NCBI GenBank assembly: GCA_002269645.1
Contig: NIVC01001939.1
Location: 16,460 to 80,459 of the forward strand
Direction of reading: 5' to 3'
DNA: 64,000 nt
DNA from: Macrostomum lignano
Lineage: Eukaryota
The position numbers were made by a program, and so were the translations under genes. Under the pieces are notes generated by a model, which saw only the letters and a program-made list of their open reading frames with translations, searched no databases and was not told the origin of the DNA. Position 1 is the first letter of the stretch. Each line of letters begins with the position of its first letter. Below, piece by piece: positions 22,701 to 53,914 of this stretch.

Positions 22701-23895
22701 TCCTAGCAGGTCTCAATCGGACGTAAGTCCGTGAGTTCCTGCAGGTGCAGATCAAGGGCAGCCTTGTAGGCCGCCCAATCAGTGTTGCGGATATTGCGTC
22801 TCCAAGTGATCGGAGACTGGGTTTTAGTGTCCGCGATGTTAAAGGCGATAAAGCAGTGGTCAGACAGGGAGGGCTCCTCAGACCAGACTCTCCACTCCTC
22901 AACTCTGTCAAAGAGTCTTGGGGTAACGAGTGTGGCGTCGAGGACCTCGGTCCATCTGCCATTATTAAAGGTAGGAGTGCTGCCGCGGTTGCAGAGCATG
23001 AGGTTTGTGTTAGAGATGAGGGCCAGAAGCTCCTCTCCTCTAGTGTTGGTATCTTTGCTGCCCCAGTGCTTGTGGTGCGCGTTGAGGTCGCCCCCTAAGC
23101 ACAGCTCAGCGTTCTGGGACTCGCAGTACTGCGCAAGGCGCAGTAAACTCTCGGGAGCAGGGTCTCTGTCGCCTGGGATATAAACCGAGGCAACAAGACA
23201 CGTACGCGGAGAGAAATGATTAGATTGGATGACGCAAAGGTCTCCATCAGAGAGATCAGTCCTCAGCCAAGCCTGGAGATGACGGGGGCCGTAGCCCAGC
23301 GGTAGCGCAGCTGCTCTGGTGTGCCGCGACCCAGGCTCGATTCCAAGTGCAGCCACTTTATTTTGGGGCTGGATTGGAATATAGGCTTGGCTCGCTTGTG
23401 CAATTAACGGCCTTGAGAGCCAACCCCCCAAGGCGCAGTGAAGTGTACATGCCTAACAATTGATAAAGTTAGGGCCGCTGTACACTCCTGTGTGAGTGTG
23501 TGCCTGCGTAACGTATCCGCGCGCTTGTATGCCTGCTCAGGGGAGTCGGCGGAATGGGCAGTAATGCCTCTCGCCGGTTGTGTGCCAATGACGCTTAAAT
23601 TGTGCCAGGGTGCACACAACCCCCCTGCCTCTAATAAAATAAAAGCCTGGAGATGGCTAGCAGCGAGGATAGCCGCTCTAGGGCGGCTGTTCCCCGGGCC
23701 ACACACATAAAAATCAGAGTAGCCAGAGGGAATGTTGGGCAACTTACCGTTGCGCATCCAGGGTTCCTGGATCAGGATGAGGCCTGGCCTGTACAGCTCA
23801 GCAATCTTCATCAGATTTACTGACGCAGATACGCAATGCTGTAAATTAATTTGCAGACAGAATGTCGCTCCTTTGGCAGCGTGGAGCTTAGTCAT
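19784..23895 (-). pseudogene. LINE ORF2: APE endonuclease, reverse transcriptase, RNase H and C-terminal Cys/His motif; broken by one SINE insertion and one TAG
   Basis: QINLQH, LIQEPW, GGDLNAH, SDHCFI (APE); FRPISLTS, LDIVGAFD, PQGGVLTP, YADD, LGVILD (RT); YTDGSK, QNEVLAI, SDSQAAL, WVPGHVGIRGNELAD (RNase H); CSFC...ETAEHF...C. Removing 374 bp (SINE plus one TSD) rejoins ...ASHLQAWLRTD... in frame. TAG at 22703-22705. Confidence 0.93.
23284..23644 (+). mobile_element. tRNA-headed SINE family 2, copy 1 (inside the LINE endonuclease)
   Basis: A-box TAGCCCAGCGG, B-box-like GCTCGATTCC, tail CTAATAAAATAAAA. 13-bp TSD GCCTGGAGATG(A/G)C at 23271-23283 and 23645-23657. Other copies at 50763 and 51823. 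Confidence 0.9.
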
Positions 23896-23918
23896 ACTGT
23901 ATTAAATGCAATTTCTGG

Positions 23919-24545
23919 CTAGAGCCCAGGGCCATCAAGGAGACTTGGACAACAGATCGTCCTCGTCCCAGGCCGCTGGGGCTTGACTGGGAGATGGGAG
24001 TTGGTCGACGTCCATGGCCTCCTCACCCCCACCGCCCCCCCCCCAGCAGAGTCCTCAGGCTCCGATGACAGGATGGAGGAAGCTTCCTCACCTGCATCTG
24101 CAGACCCCACCAGGGTGGCCGAGGAGAGCTCGGATTCCGAAGACCCGGCCTCGTCCTCAACTCCTTCTCCGACTGACAGGTTTGGTTCCCGGGGCCTGCC
24201 TTTTGGCGCGTTGTTTAGAGCGTTTGCGCTCAAGCCGAGCCCGCTGAGCTTCATCGGATCTGCCAGATTTGGCCGGTCCTTTAGGCTCAGAGCTCGCGGT
24301 TTGCTTAGATCCACCAGCGGAGCTGGCAGGTCTTTGGGTATTATGAGTTTGGTAGCTGTGGTCGGATCTGCCAGCAGAGCCAGCCGGTCCTTCCTTTGCC
24401 ACAGTTGAATCAGTCGGTTGGGATCTGCCAGCAGGGCCGGCCGGTCCTTCGGACTGAGGTTGGGGTTTAGAAGGGTCCCCGTCCCTAGAAAAAGCTTTGT
24501 TATCCATAATCGGCTCGAAGGCCATGATAAAAGGTTGGTGGGCTA
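23919..24545 (-). pseudogene. Short ORF1-like region of the LINE (frameshifted, low complexity)
   Basis: Lies directly upstream of ORF2. Basic and acidic low-complexity stretches and three GPA..GRS repeats. No zinc knuckle seen. Confidence 0.45.
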
Positions 24546-25087
24546 CCCTCAAAGGGGCGCGGTATCCACCCGGCCGCTCCACCTGACCGGGCAGTAGGCC
24601 AATAGCACCCTCAAGGCTGGCCCGACACCAGGAGGGGGACCGCTTGCGACCGGACTACTCCCCGGCCTTCCAGCCCATCGGCACGGTCAACACCTTAGGC
24701 ATTAGAGAGTACGTTGAGCAGTACCACGGCCTGCAGGTTGGCGAGCCAGACCCGCATACCCAAATTCGGCCGAAGCCACTGGATAGGGTCGCCAGCGCCG
24801 GAGCCCAGTCTGTCCAGCAGCCCTAGGGACTGCCTTGAACACACGCGGGGACGAGTACCCTGGGTCGACTTGCGAGACAGCGTGGGGGGGGGGGGTCTGC
24901 GGCTGCCAGAGGCAAATAGCGGGTGCAGACCTCCCACCAGCCTTGACCTGCTGAAGATAGGGGCAGGCGTGAAGCATCGCAGACCTTAGCCCATGGGCCT
25001 AGTCTGTCTCATACTTCACTGGCATGCTGAATACGCCTTCGCGTGCAGCTGTACGTCACTCTCACTCTTTTAACTGTTCCATTCTTC

Positions 25088-25790
25088 CTAAACTCTCCTA
25101 TTCTTCCCTAATCTCCCTCTCCTATCCTTCCCCAATCTCCCTCTCCTATTCTTCCCCTAATCTCCCTCTCCTATTCTTCCCCAGTCACCCTCTCCTATTC
25201 TTCCCCAGTCACCCTCTCCTATTCTTCCCCAGTCACCCTCTCCTATTCTTTCCCGAATCTCCCTCTCCTATTCTTCCCCAATCTCCCTCTCCTATTCTTC
25301 CCCAATCTCCCTCTCCTATCCTTCCCCAATCTCCCTCTCCTATCCTTCCCCAATCTCCCTCTCCTATTCTTCCCCAATCTCCCTCTCCTATCCTTCCCCA
25401 ATCACCCTCTCCTATTCTTTCCCGAATCTCCCTCTCCTATTCTTCCCCAATCTCCCTCTCCTATTCTTCCCCAATCTCCCTCTCCTATCCTTCCCCAATC
25501 TCCCTCTCCTATCCTTCCCCAATCTCCCTCTCCTATTCTTCCCCTAATCTCCCTCTCCTATTCTTCCCCTAATCTCTCTCTCCTATTCTTCCCCAATCTC
25601 CCTCTCCTATTCTTCCCCTAATCTCCCTCTCCTATTCTTCCCCAATCTCCCTCTCCTATCCTTCCCCAATCTCCCTCTCCTATCCTTCCCCAATCTCCCT
25701 CTCCTATTCTTCCCCAATCTCCTTCTCCTATTCTTCCCCTATCTGTCCTGTTCTTCCCCATTCTCACTCTCCTATTCTTTCCCAATCTTC
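25088..25790. repeat. 24-bp pyrimidine-rich minisatellite (TCTCCCTCTCCTATTCTTCCCCAA)n
   Basis: Direct reading. Confidence 0.95.
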
Positions 25791-26599
25791 CTCTCATGTT
25801 CTTCCCAAATCTCTTATCATTCTCTTTGTTATCACCATAGCTAGATTTTGTAGTTTCAATCGACTAACTCAAGACCTTCGCCTTTTTGCTCATGAGGAAT
25901 CTCTCCTCATAGCGACAGCAAGCGATCCCTGAAGATTTGTGACAGGACTCCCAGTCTAATTCCAGGATTTGCAGTATTAGTTGGGACTTTTTCCAACTTT
26001 TTCCAGTCGTTAATACCCAGCAGTTTTCAGTAAATAGAGAAGACTAAGAGAGATTTCGAATTCAGGGAAAAACTCAAGGGAAGAGAGAAGGGATTAGAAA
26101 AGCAAATAATGTTTTGCGGCATGATTTCTGCCATCTGCCGCGGCTTGCGGGGCTAATCCCCTCTGCTCTAGTGGCAGAATCTCTCGCACGCTAATCCCCC
26201 TCTAAGTCCCCCTTTTCCCTCATCCCCTCCCCATCATGCGGAATCCTCAGCCGAGAGGAATCCCAGGCTCGGCCGGTTCCCCATCACGGTAAGTTGTAAA
26301 AATCCCCACAGTCCCCAGCAGCGCACCTCTGCTGAGCTGTCCGATCCCAGCCCCTGCACTCTTCCCCCTAGTGTAATTGGCCTCATCAGCGCTCCAGCCA
26401 TTGCCTGCAGTCGTCCGCGTACTGCTGCTCCCTGTGCCCCCCCCACCCCTCTCTCCCTCTCACTGCCGTCCCCTTAAAACCGGCAAAAAATTGTCCCATC
26501 CAATCCCAGTCCGCCTCAGCTGCTGCGGTGATTAAAACAGAACTATTTTACAGGGAGGGAGACAGAGTTGAGAGACAAAGGAAATAAATCAAGAGAGCC

Positions 26600-40272
<13,673 letters not shown>

Positions 40273-40327
40273 ACGGCTTATCGGCTGGATTATCCATAGG
40301 ATTATCCGTTAGATTTTAGTATAACTT

Positions 40328-40860
40328 TGATTGAATTATCGATTGATTGAATTATCGATTGCTTGAATTATCGATTGATTGAGCTATCGATTGATTGAAT
40401 TATCGATTGATTGATTGAATTATCGATTGATTGAATTATCGATTGATTTAATTATCGATTGATTGATTTATCGATTGATTGAAGTATCGATTGATTAAAT
40501 TATCGATTGATTGAATTATCGATTGATTGAAGTATCGCTTGATTAAATTATCGATTGATTGAATTATCGATCGATTGAAGTATCGATTGATTGAATTATT
40601 GATTGATTGAATTATTGATTGATTGAATTGTTGATTGATTGAATTATCGATTGATTGAATTATCGATTAATTTAATTATCGATTGATTGATTTATCGATT
40701 GATTGAATTATTTATTGATTGAATTATTTATTGATTGAATTGTTGATTGATTGGATTATCGATTGATTGGATTATCGATTGATTGGATTATCGATTGATT
40801 AAAGTATCGATTGATTGAATTATCGGTGGATTGAATCGTCGATTGATTAATTTATCGATA
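40328..40860. repeat. 16-bp AT-rich array (ATCGATTGATTGAATT)n
   Basis: Starts ~55 bp after the KLHL8 stop codon. Confidence 0.92.
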
Positions 40861-41587
40861 AACTCATAAATTGGATCATTGACACGATAATGGATCGGAT
40901 TATTGTGAATAGGATTAAGCATGACTAAGCTTATGGACCATATTATGGATCAACGATTTGATAACAGATCAGATTCTTACTGCTCAACGCATCTCATCTA
41001 TTCCACTGATTTATTTAATTCTGTCCACTGAAAGATTTTGTACCCCTGCAAGCTGGCATTTGCCTGCTTTTTATCAACAAGTGTATGCAGTTGTTGCTTG
41101 AACTCGATTTCCTTATTTGCTTCAATGCAGCTGAATGAAAGGTAAATAAAAATTTCTTCTGTTTTCGATCGAAAATTCGAAACTTTCACAGACTAGCGCC
41201 CGGCGGCCAGCGTCTCAGTGCTCAGAATTTTCTGCTCGAGGGTTTCCTACGAGATGAGAAGCTCAACGAGTGCCGCCTCCGAGCCTCATGTGGGGAGAAC
41301 TTGGCAAAGGGGATCTGCGCCGAGCTTATGCTAAGGGCTAAGGGATATTTTTCCTGCTTCTCCCGCTTTTTTATCGAAAGCTCGCGTGAGCTTTGGAGCA
41401 GCAAAGACTGCCGGGTCAAGGCCGGGGGCACCACAGCAGGAGGGGTTTTAGACGGGGCGGAAAATGAAGACTCGACGAAACTGAAAGACAGCTTCATTGA
41501 GCGCGTCCTTCTCGCGTCACAGACACGCGTCCGGATCGGTACACTGCTCGGGCGGCCCGACACGCGACGCGTCCTGACTGACTGCTG

Positions 41588-41636
41588 ACTAGCTAGCTAA
41601 CTAGCTAGCTAACAAACTAACTAACTAACTAGCTAG

Positions 41637-41667
<31 letters not shown>

Positions 41668-41668
41668 G

Positions 41669-41707
<39 letters not shown>

Positions 41708-41824
41708 GCTAACTAACTAGCTAACTAACTAACTAACTAACTAGCTAACTAACTAACTAACTAGCTAGCTAACTAACTGAATAACTAGCTAGCTAACTAA
41801 CTAACTAGCTAACTAACTAACTAG

Positions 41825-41855
<31 letters not shown>

Positions 41856-41868
41856 GCTAACTAACTAG

Positions 41869-41899
<31 letters not shown>

Positions 41900-41900
41900 G

Positions 41901-41939
<39 letters not shown>

Positions 41940-42289
41940 GCTAGCTAGCTAACTAACTAGCTAACTAACTAACTAACTAACTAGCTAACTAACTAACTAA
42001 CTAGCTAGCTAACTAACTAACTAGCTAACTAACTAACGAACTAACTAGCTAACTAACTAACTAACTAGCTAGCTAACTAACTGAATAACTAACTAACTAA
42101 CTAACTAACTAGCTAGCTAACTAACTAGCTAGCTAGCTAACTAACTAGCTAACTAACTAACTAACTAACTAGCTAACTAACTAACTAACTAGCTAGCTAA
42201 CTAACTGAATAACTAGCTAACTAACTAACTAACTAGCTAGCTAACTAACTAGCTAGCTAACTAACTAACTAACTAACTAAGTAAGTAAG

Positions 42290-42320
<31 letters not shown>

Positions 42321-42337
42321 TTAACTAACTAACTAAC
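41588..42337. repeat. (CTAA)n/(CTAG) microsatellite
   Basis: Direct reading. Confidence 0.95.
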
Positions 42338-43281
42338 CTGCTGAAAACATTTCGAGACTTATATTGAAATTTTGAGTTTCCTCATATCCCATTGCACCCC
42401 AGGACACAGTGCAAAATCAGCGGTCTCTTGTGAGACCAATCACCCAGTGGAATAGGCCAAAAAGCCGGTTGGAAAACAATCACTGACAGGCAGAATTGGA
42501 GAAGAATCGAGCAGAAAACGAATCAGTAAGCAGAAACGGTTTTTAGCAGTAAGCGAATGCGGAGGCCTAGCGGATAAGTCCGCCAGGCGCTTGCGTGCCT
42601 AGCTGACATTTCTGGGTTTGACAAGAAGGGACCGCGCCGAAAGCAGCAGCTAAAGCGTTGGGAGGGGGGGGGGCTACAGCTGCGGCTTTGATAGGAGGCT
42701 AAGATAAGCCTTCAATCTGAGGATTCGCTCTGCAGGCACACAAGCCGAGCTGTGTGTCCCATGCACTCTTGCGCGTGTGAGCAGCTACCGCAGTCGGGCA
42801 TTGTACTGATTTCCTGCTTTAATGCCTTATTATTATGCAGTCCCTGTCCTGCTGGCTGTCAGCTCTGGCTATGCATTGTCCTCCTCTCTCTCCTGTAATC
42901 CAGCCGCCGTTTAATTCCCTCTCAGCCGTCCCTGAGCTGGCGGCGGCGAACTTTCGCTTAGCAATGGCCCGGGGAAAAACAACTGCAAGTGTTTGGCGGG
43001 CGAGGCTGAAAGCAACTCAGAGACTGCGTCTCATTAGCTTGGACACCTACAGCGGAAGTCTTTGACTGCAACTGGGGAGTGTGGGCTCTGCAGGGGTGGC
43101 TTTTGAAGGAGACAGGGGCATTGCGACATAAAACAGTGTACAACTGAAGGATTTTACAGATAAACAACAACTCATGCCGCCAAAAATACCCTTCTGGTAC
43201 GTCAGTAGTTGCTTATCATGCCCGTAGGCAACTCTTGTAGACAACATCTAGCTACAAAATAGACAATAGATAAACGGGCAC

Positions 43282-43307
43282 TAAGACAGACAGACAGGCA
43301 GGCAGGC

Positions 43308-43346
<39 letters not shown>

Positions 43347-43411
43347 GAGACAGACAGACAGACACTAAGACAAACAGACAGACACCAAGACAGACAGACA
43401 CTAAGACACTA

Positions 43412-43456
<45 letters not shown>

Positions 43457-43555
43457 GGCAGACAGACAGACAGACAGACACTAAGACACTAAGACACTAA
43501 GACAAACAGACAGACACTAAGACAAACAGACAGACACTAAGACACTAAGACACTA

Positions 43556-43608
<53 letters not shown>

Positions 43609-44318
43609 CTAAGACACTAAGACACTAAGACAGACAGACAGACACTAAGACACTAAGACACTAAGACACTAAGACAGACAGACAGACACTAAGACACTAA
43701 GACAGACAGACAGACAGACAGACAGCAGACAGACAGACAGACACTAAGACACTAAGACAGACAGACAGACAGACAGACAGCAGACAGACAGACAGACAGA
43801 CACTAAGACACTAAGACAGACAGACAGACAGACATACAGACAGCAGACAGACAGACAGACACTAAGACACTAAGACAGACAGACAGACAGACAGACAGCA
43901 GACAGACAGACAGACAGACACTAAGACACTAAGACAGACAGACAGACAGACAGACAGCAGACAGACAGACAGACACTAAGACACTAAGACAGACAGACAG
44001 ACAGACAGACAGCAGACAGACAGACAGACAGACACTAAGACACTAAGACAGACAGACAGACAGACAGCAGACAGACAGACAGACAGACAGTCAGACAGAC
44101 AGACAGACACTAAGACACTAAGACAGACAGACAGACAGACAGACAGCAGACAGACAGACAGACAGACAGACAGTCAGACAGACAGACAGACACTAAGACA
44201 CTAAGACAGACAGACAGACAGACAGACAGCAGACAGACAGACAGACAGACAGACAGTCAGACAGACAGACAGACAGACAGACAGACAGTCAGACAGACAG
44301 ACAGACACTAAGACACTA

Positions 44319-44349
<31 letters not shown>
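43282..44349. repeat. (GACA)n microsatellite with CACTAAGA interruptions
   Basis: Direct reading. Confidence 0.95.
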
Positions 44350-45019
44350 TATTGAACGCTTCTAGTCCGAAAGACCTCAAAAACTCTCTCCTGCAGTTGC
44401 CACCGCCCGAGCACCATGAGAGTAGAAGTGTGGAGTCAGCTTGAGCAGAGGACTGATGCGGGTTACTGATATTTCATCCCGTTAGCTCAGAGATTGCAAC
44501 TATGGAGGACGCAGCGCGTAGCCCATTATATATTATAGATGAAAAAGCAGTTAAGATGAAGCATTCAGCTAATATAAGATTTGTCACTACATAAAACGTC
44601 ACGAGTGCCTCGCTAGCGAAGGTCCAATAGGGGTATATATTTAGCAGAATAAATATCTTCGAGCGTATCAACACAGACTGCTTCTGACACAAGCAATACA
44701 ATATATAAGACGAGATTAGCATTTTTCGTAAATATCATTTGCTACAGTCTCTTCAATTAAGCGAAGCGGACAGGCCAAGGACAGCCTCCTGTTTATTATC
44801 CGAGCGAGCAGACAACAATTTTTGCCTTGGGGCAGGCAATCCTCATTGCCACAGTGTTCAGGGGGTCAATCACCGCTGGCTTGAAGCACGACTTGCATGA
44901 ATTGCAGGTTGTTTGGGTTGGACAAAGTTAATTAAAAAAATTGTGAAACACAATAACAATACCGCAGGTTAATAACTGGTTAGAGCTCACGGTGAGTCAT
45001 TCAGTTCCGATGAGTGATT

Positions 45020-45725
45020 AGATTCGGAATAGTTTCGGATTCAGATTCGGAATTCAAGAGGGGTTTCGGACTTGGAATAGTTTCGGTTTCGGATTCGGAA
45101 TAGTTTCGGTTTCGGATTCGAAATAGTTTCGGTTTCGGATTCGGAATAGTTTCGGTTTCGGATTCGGAATAGTTTCGGTTTCGGATTCGAAATAGTTTCG
45201 GTTTCGGATTCGGAATAGTTTCGGTTTAGGATTCGGAATAGTTTCGGTTTCGGATTCGAAATAGTTTCGGTTTCGGATTTGAAATAGTTTCGGTTTAGGA
45301 TTCGGAATAGTTTCGGTTTCGGATACGGAATAGTTTCGGTTTCGGATTCGGAATAGTTTCGGTTTCGGATTCGGAATAGTTTCGGTTTCGGATTCGGAAT
45401 AGTTTCGGTTTCGGATTCGAAATAGTTTCGGTTTCGGATTCGGAATAGTTTCGGTTTAGGATTCGGAATAGTTTCGGTTTAGGATTCGAAATAGTTTCGG
45501 TTTAGGATTCGGAATAGTTTCGGTTTCGGATTCGGAATAGTTTCGGTTTCGGATTCGGAATAGTTTCGGTTTCGGATTCGGAATAGTTTCGGTTTCGGAT
45601 TCGGATTCGTAATTCGAGAGGGGTTTCGAATTTGGAATTTGAGAGGGGTTTCCGATTCGGAATTGGAAAGGGGTTTCGGATTCGGAATTCGAGAAGGGTT
45701 TCGGATTCGGATTCGGAATTTAAGA
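45020..45725. repeat. 23-bp array (GTTTCGGATTCGGAATAGTTTCG)n
   Basis: Direct reading; one inverted unit at ~45793-45810. Confidence 0.92.
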
Positions 45726-46121
45726 GGTGTTTCGGAATTTGGCTCCGGTTCTGTGTCTAAAGCGGGTTTATGATTCAGAAGAGTTCAAATTTCAAACTAT
45801 TCCGAATTTTCCATCAAGACTCACAGCCCTCTCACAGCACATTTAAACAGCTACTAATGCTAAAAAAAGCAATTATTTTAAAGTAAGCGCGAGTTAGAAA
45901 AATGGTTTAACAATGCTGATTTGCGAATAATATTTCGCAAATAATAATTTGCGAAGAAGCAATACAAATTTTTCAGGATTAATGCTCCTGTGAGAACAAT
46001 TGCACAGAAACGTTTTGGGCAAGATGATTTTTAAAAAAAGAACTTTGCTTCTGTTACATGCTGAATGTAGACCAGACGACAGAACAACGAAAAAATAATC
46101 AACACCTTGACTGCCTAAAAG

Positions 46122-46478
46122 TTAGATGAGTCATCACCTAAGGGTCAGATGAGTCATCACCTAAGGGTCAGATGAGTCATCACCTAAGGGTCAGATGAGT
46201 CATCACCTAAGGGTCAGATGAGTCATCACCTAAGGGTCAGATGAGTCATCACCTAAGGGTCAGATGAGTCATCACCTAAGGGTCAGATGAGTCATCACCT
46301 AAGATTCAGACGAGTCATCACCTAAGGGTCAGATGGGTTATCATCTAAGGTTCAGATGGGTTATCATCTAAGGGTCAGATGGGTTAGCATCTAAGGTTCA
46401 GATGGGTTATCATCTAAGGGTCAGATGGGTTAGCATCTAAGGGTCAGATGAGTCATCACCTAAGGGTCAGATGGGTCA
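46122..46478. repeat. 23-bp array (AGATGAGTCATCACCTAAGGGTC)n just past the GPCR stop codon
   Basis: Direct reading. Confidence 0.93.
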
Positions 46479-46510
46479 GCATTAAGCTGATTCATCTCCT
46501 CCATCATCCT

Positions 46511-53208
<6,698 letters not shown>

Positions 53209-53285
53209 CTGCCCGGCGGGAGAGGCAAAAATTGTATTGGTTTTTTGTTAACTCCACAAACAAAACCACAGTCAAATTTTCATCA

Positions 53286-53460
53286 AGCCCCACCCCACTC
53301 CGCCTCAAGCCCCACCCCACTCCGCCTCAAGCCCACCCCACTCCGCCGCAAGCACACTCCACTCCGCCTCAAGCCCACCCCACTCCGCCTCAAGCCCCAC
53401 CTCACTCCGCCGCAAGCCCACCTCACTCCGCCGCAAGCCCACCACACTCCGCCTCAAGTC
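53286..53460. repeat. ~19-21-bp array with core CCCACTCCGCCTCAAGC, next to the GPCR acceptor
   Basis: Direct reading. Confidence 0.85.
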
Positions 53461-53914
53461 TACTCCAACTCGATTTTAAACACCACAATTTCGATCTACG
53501 AGTAAATTGATTGGACAGCATCCGGTACACAAAACGCTCGATTTCAGTGCAAAAGCACCGGGAAAGAAAATGTCCTATCAAATGATGAAAGTGTTCCGTC
53601 TGCGGCAGTTAAAAAAGATTTTGCAGGCTGCAGGCTCTTTTAGCGTAATTTGAAGCCACGCAAAACCTGGGTCCCGCCCTAATCTTGATCCCCAGTCTAG
53701 GGGAACTGGAATTGCATACACTCACTGGCCAGAGATATATTTTAAAGACTGGTTCAGCAGATTTCGACTACATTTCCGAAATATTTATACAGACTGTCTA
53801 TTCAGCCTTTGAGACGAGTCATATCGAATTCCAGGTAGCTGGACTGCCTTGCTTAACTGACCGATTTTGTTAAATAAAGAAACAAAAAAAAATTGTTTTT
53901 TTCTACTGAGGGAT

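Larger units (their letters stand above)
19686..25043 (-). mobile_element. Non-LTR retrotransposon (APE-RT-RNase H; Loa/R1/I-group-like), apparently full length, carrying a SINE insertion
   Basis: 14-bp TSD TGCAGCTGTACGTC at 19672-19685 and 25044-25057. 3' tail TAAGTCAAGTTAAGTCAA. Long 5' UTR, short ORF1-like region and ORF2. Confidence 0.92.

Noticed and set aside
8569-22705. UAG reassignment to an amino acid (most premature stops in three elements are TAG)
   Set aside because: ALG1 ends at a TAG in the expected place followed by AATAAA. The TAG positions correspond to different ancestral residues, and the elements also carry frameshifts.
23284-23350. tRNA genes at 598, 14090, 16670, 23284, 50763 and 51823
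   Set aside because: They are tRNA-like heads fused to SINE bodies with TSDs or tails, and the cloverleafs are incomplete.
24600-25043. HDV-like ribozyme in the LINE 5' UTR
   Set aside because: A P4-like GGC-UUCG-GCC-GAA and a 6-bp P1 candidate exist, but I could not build P2, P3 and P1.1 consistently. It needs a descriptor search.
41460-41500. Hammerhead-like TGAAGA...GAAAC here, and CTGATGA at ~18063
   Set aside because: The first lacks the core C and a stem II; the second has no GAAA at the right position.
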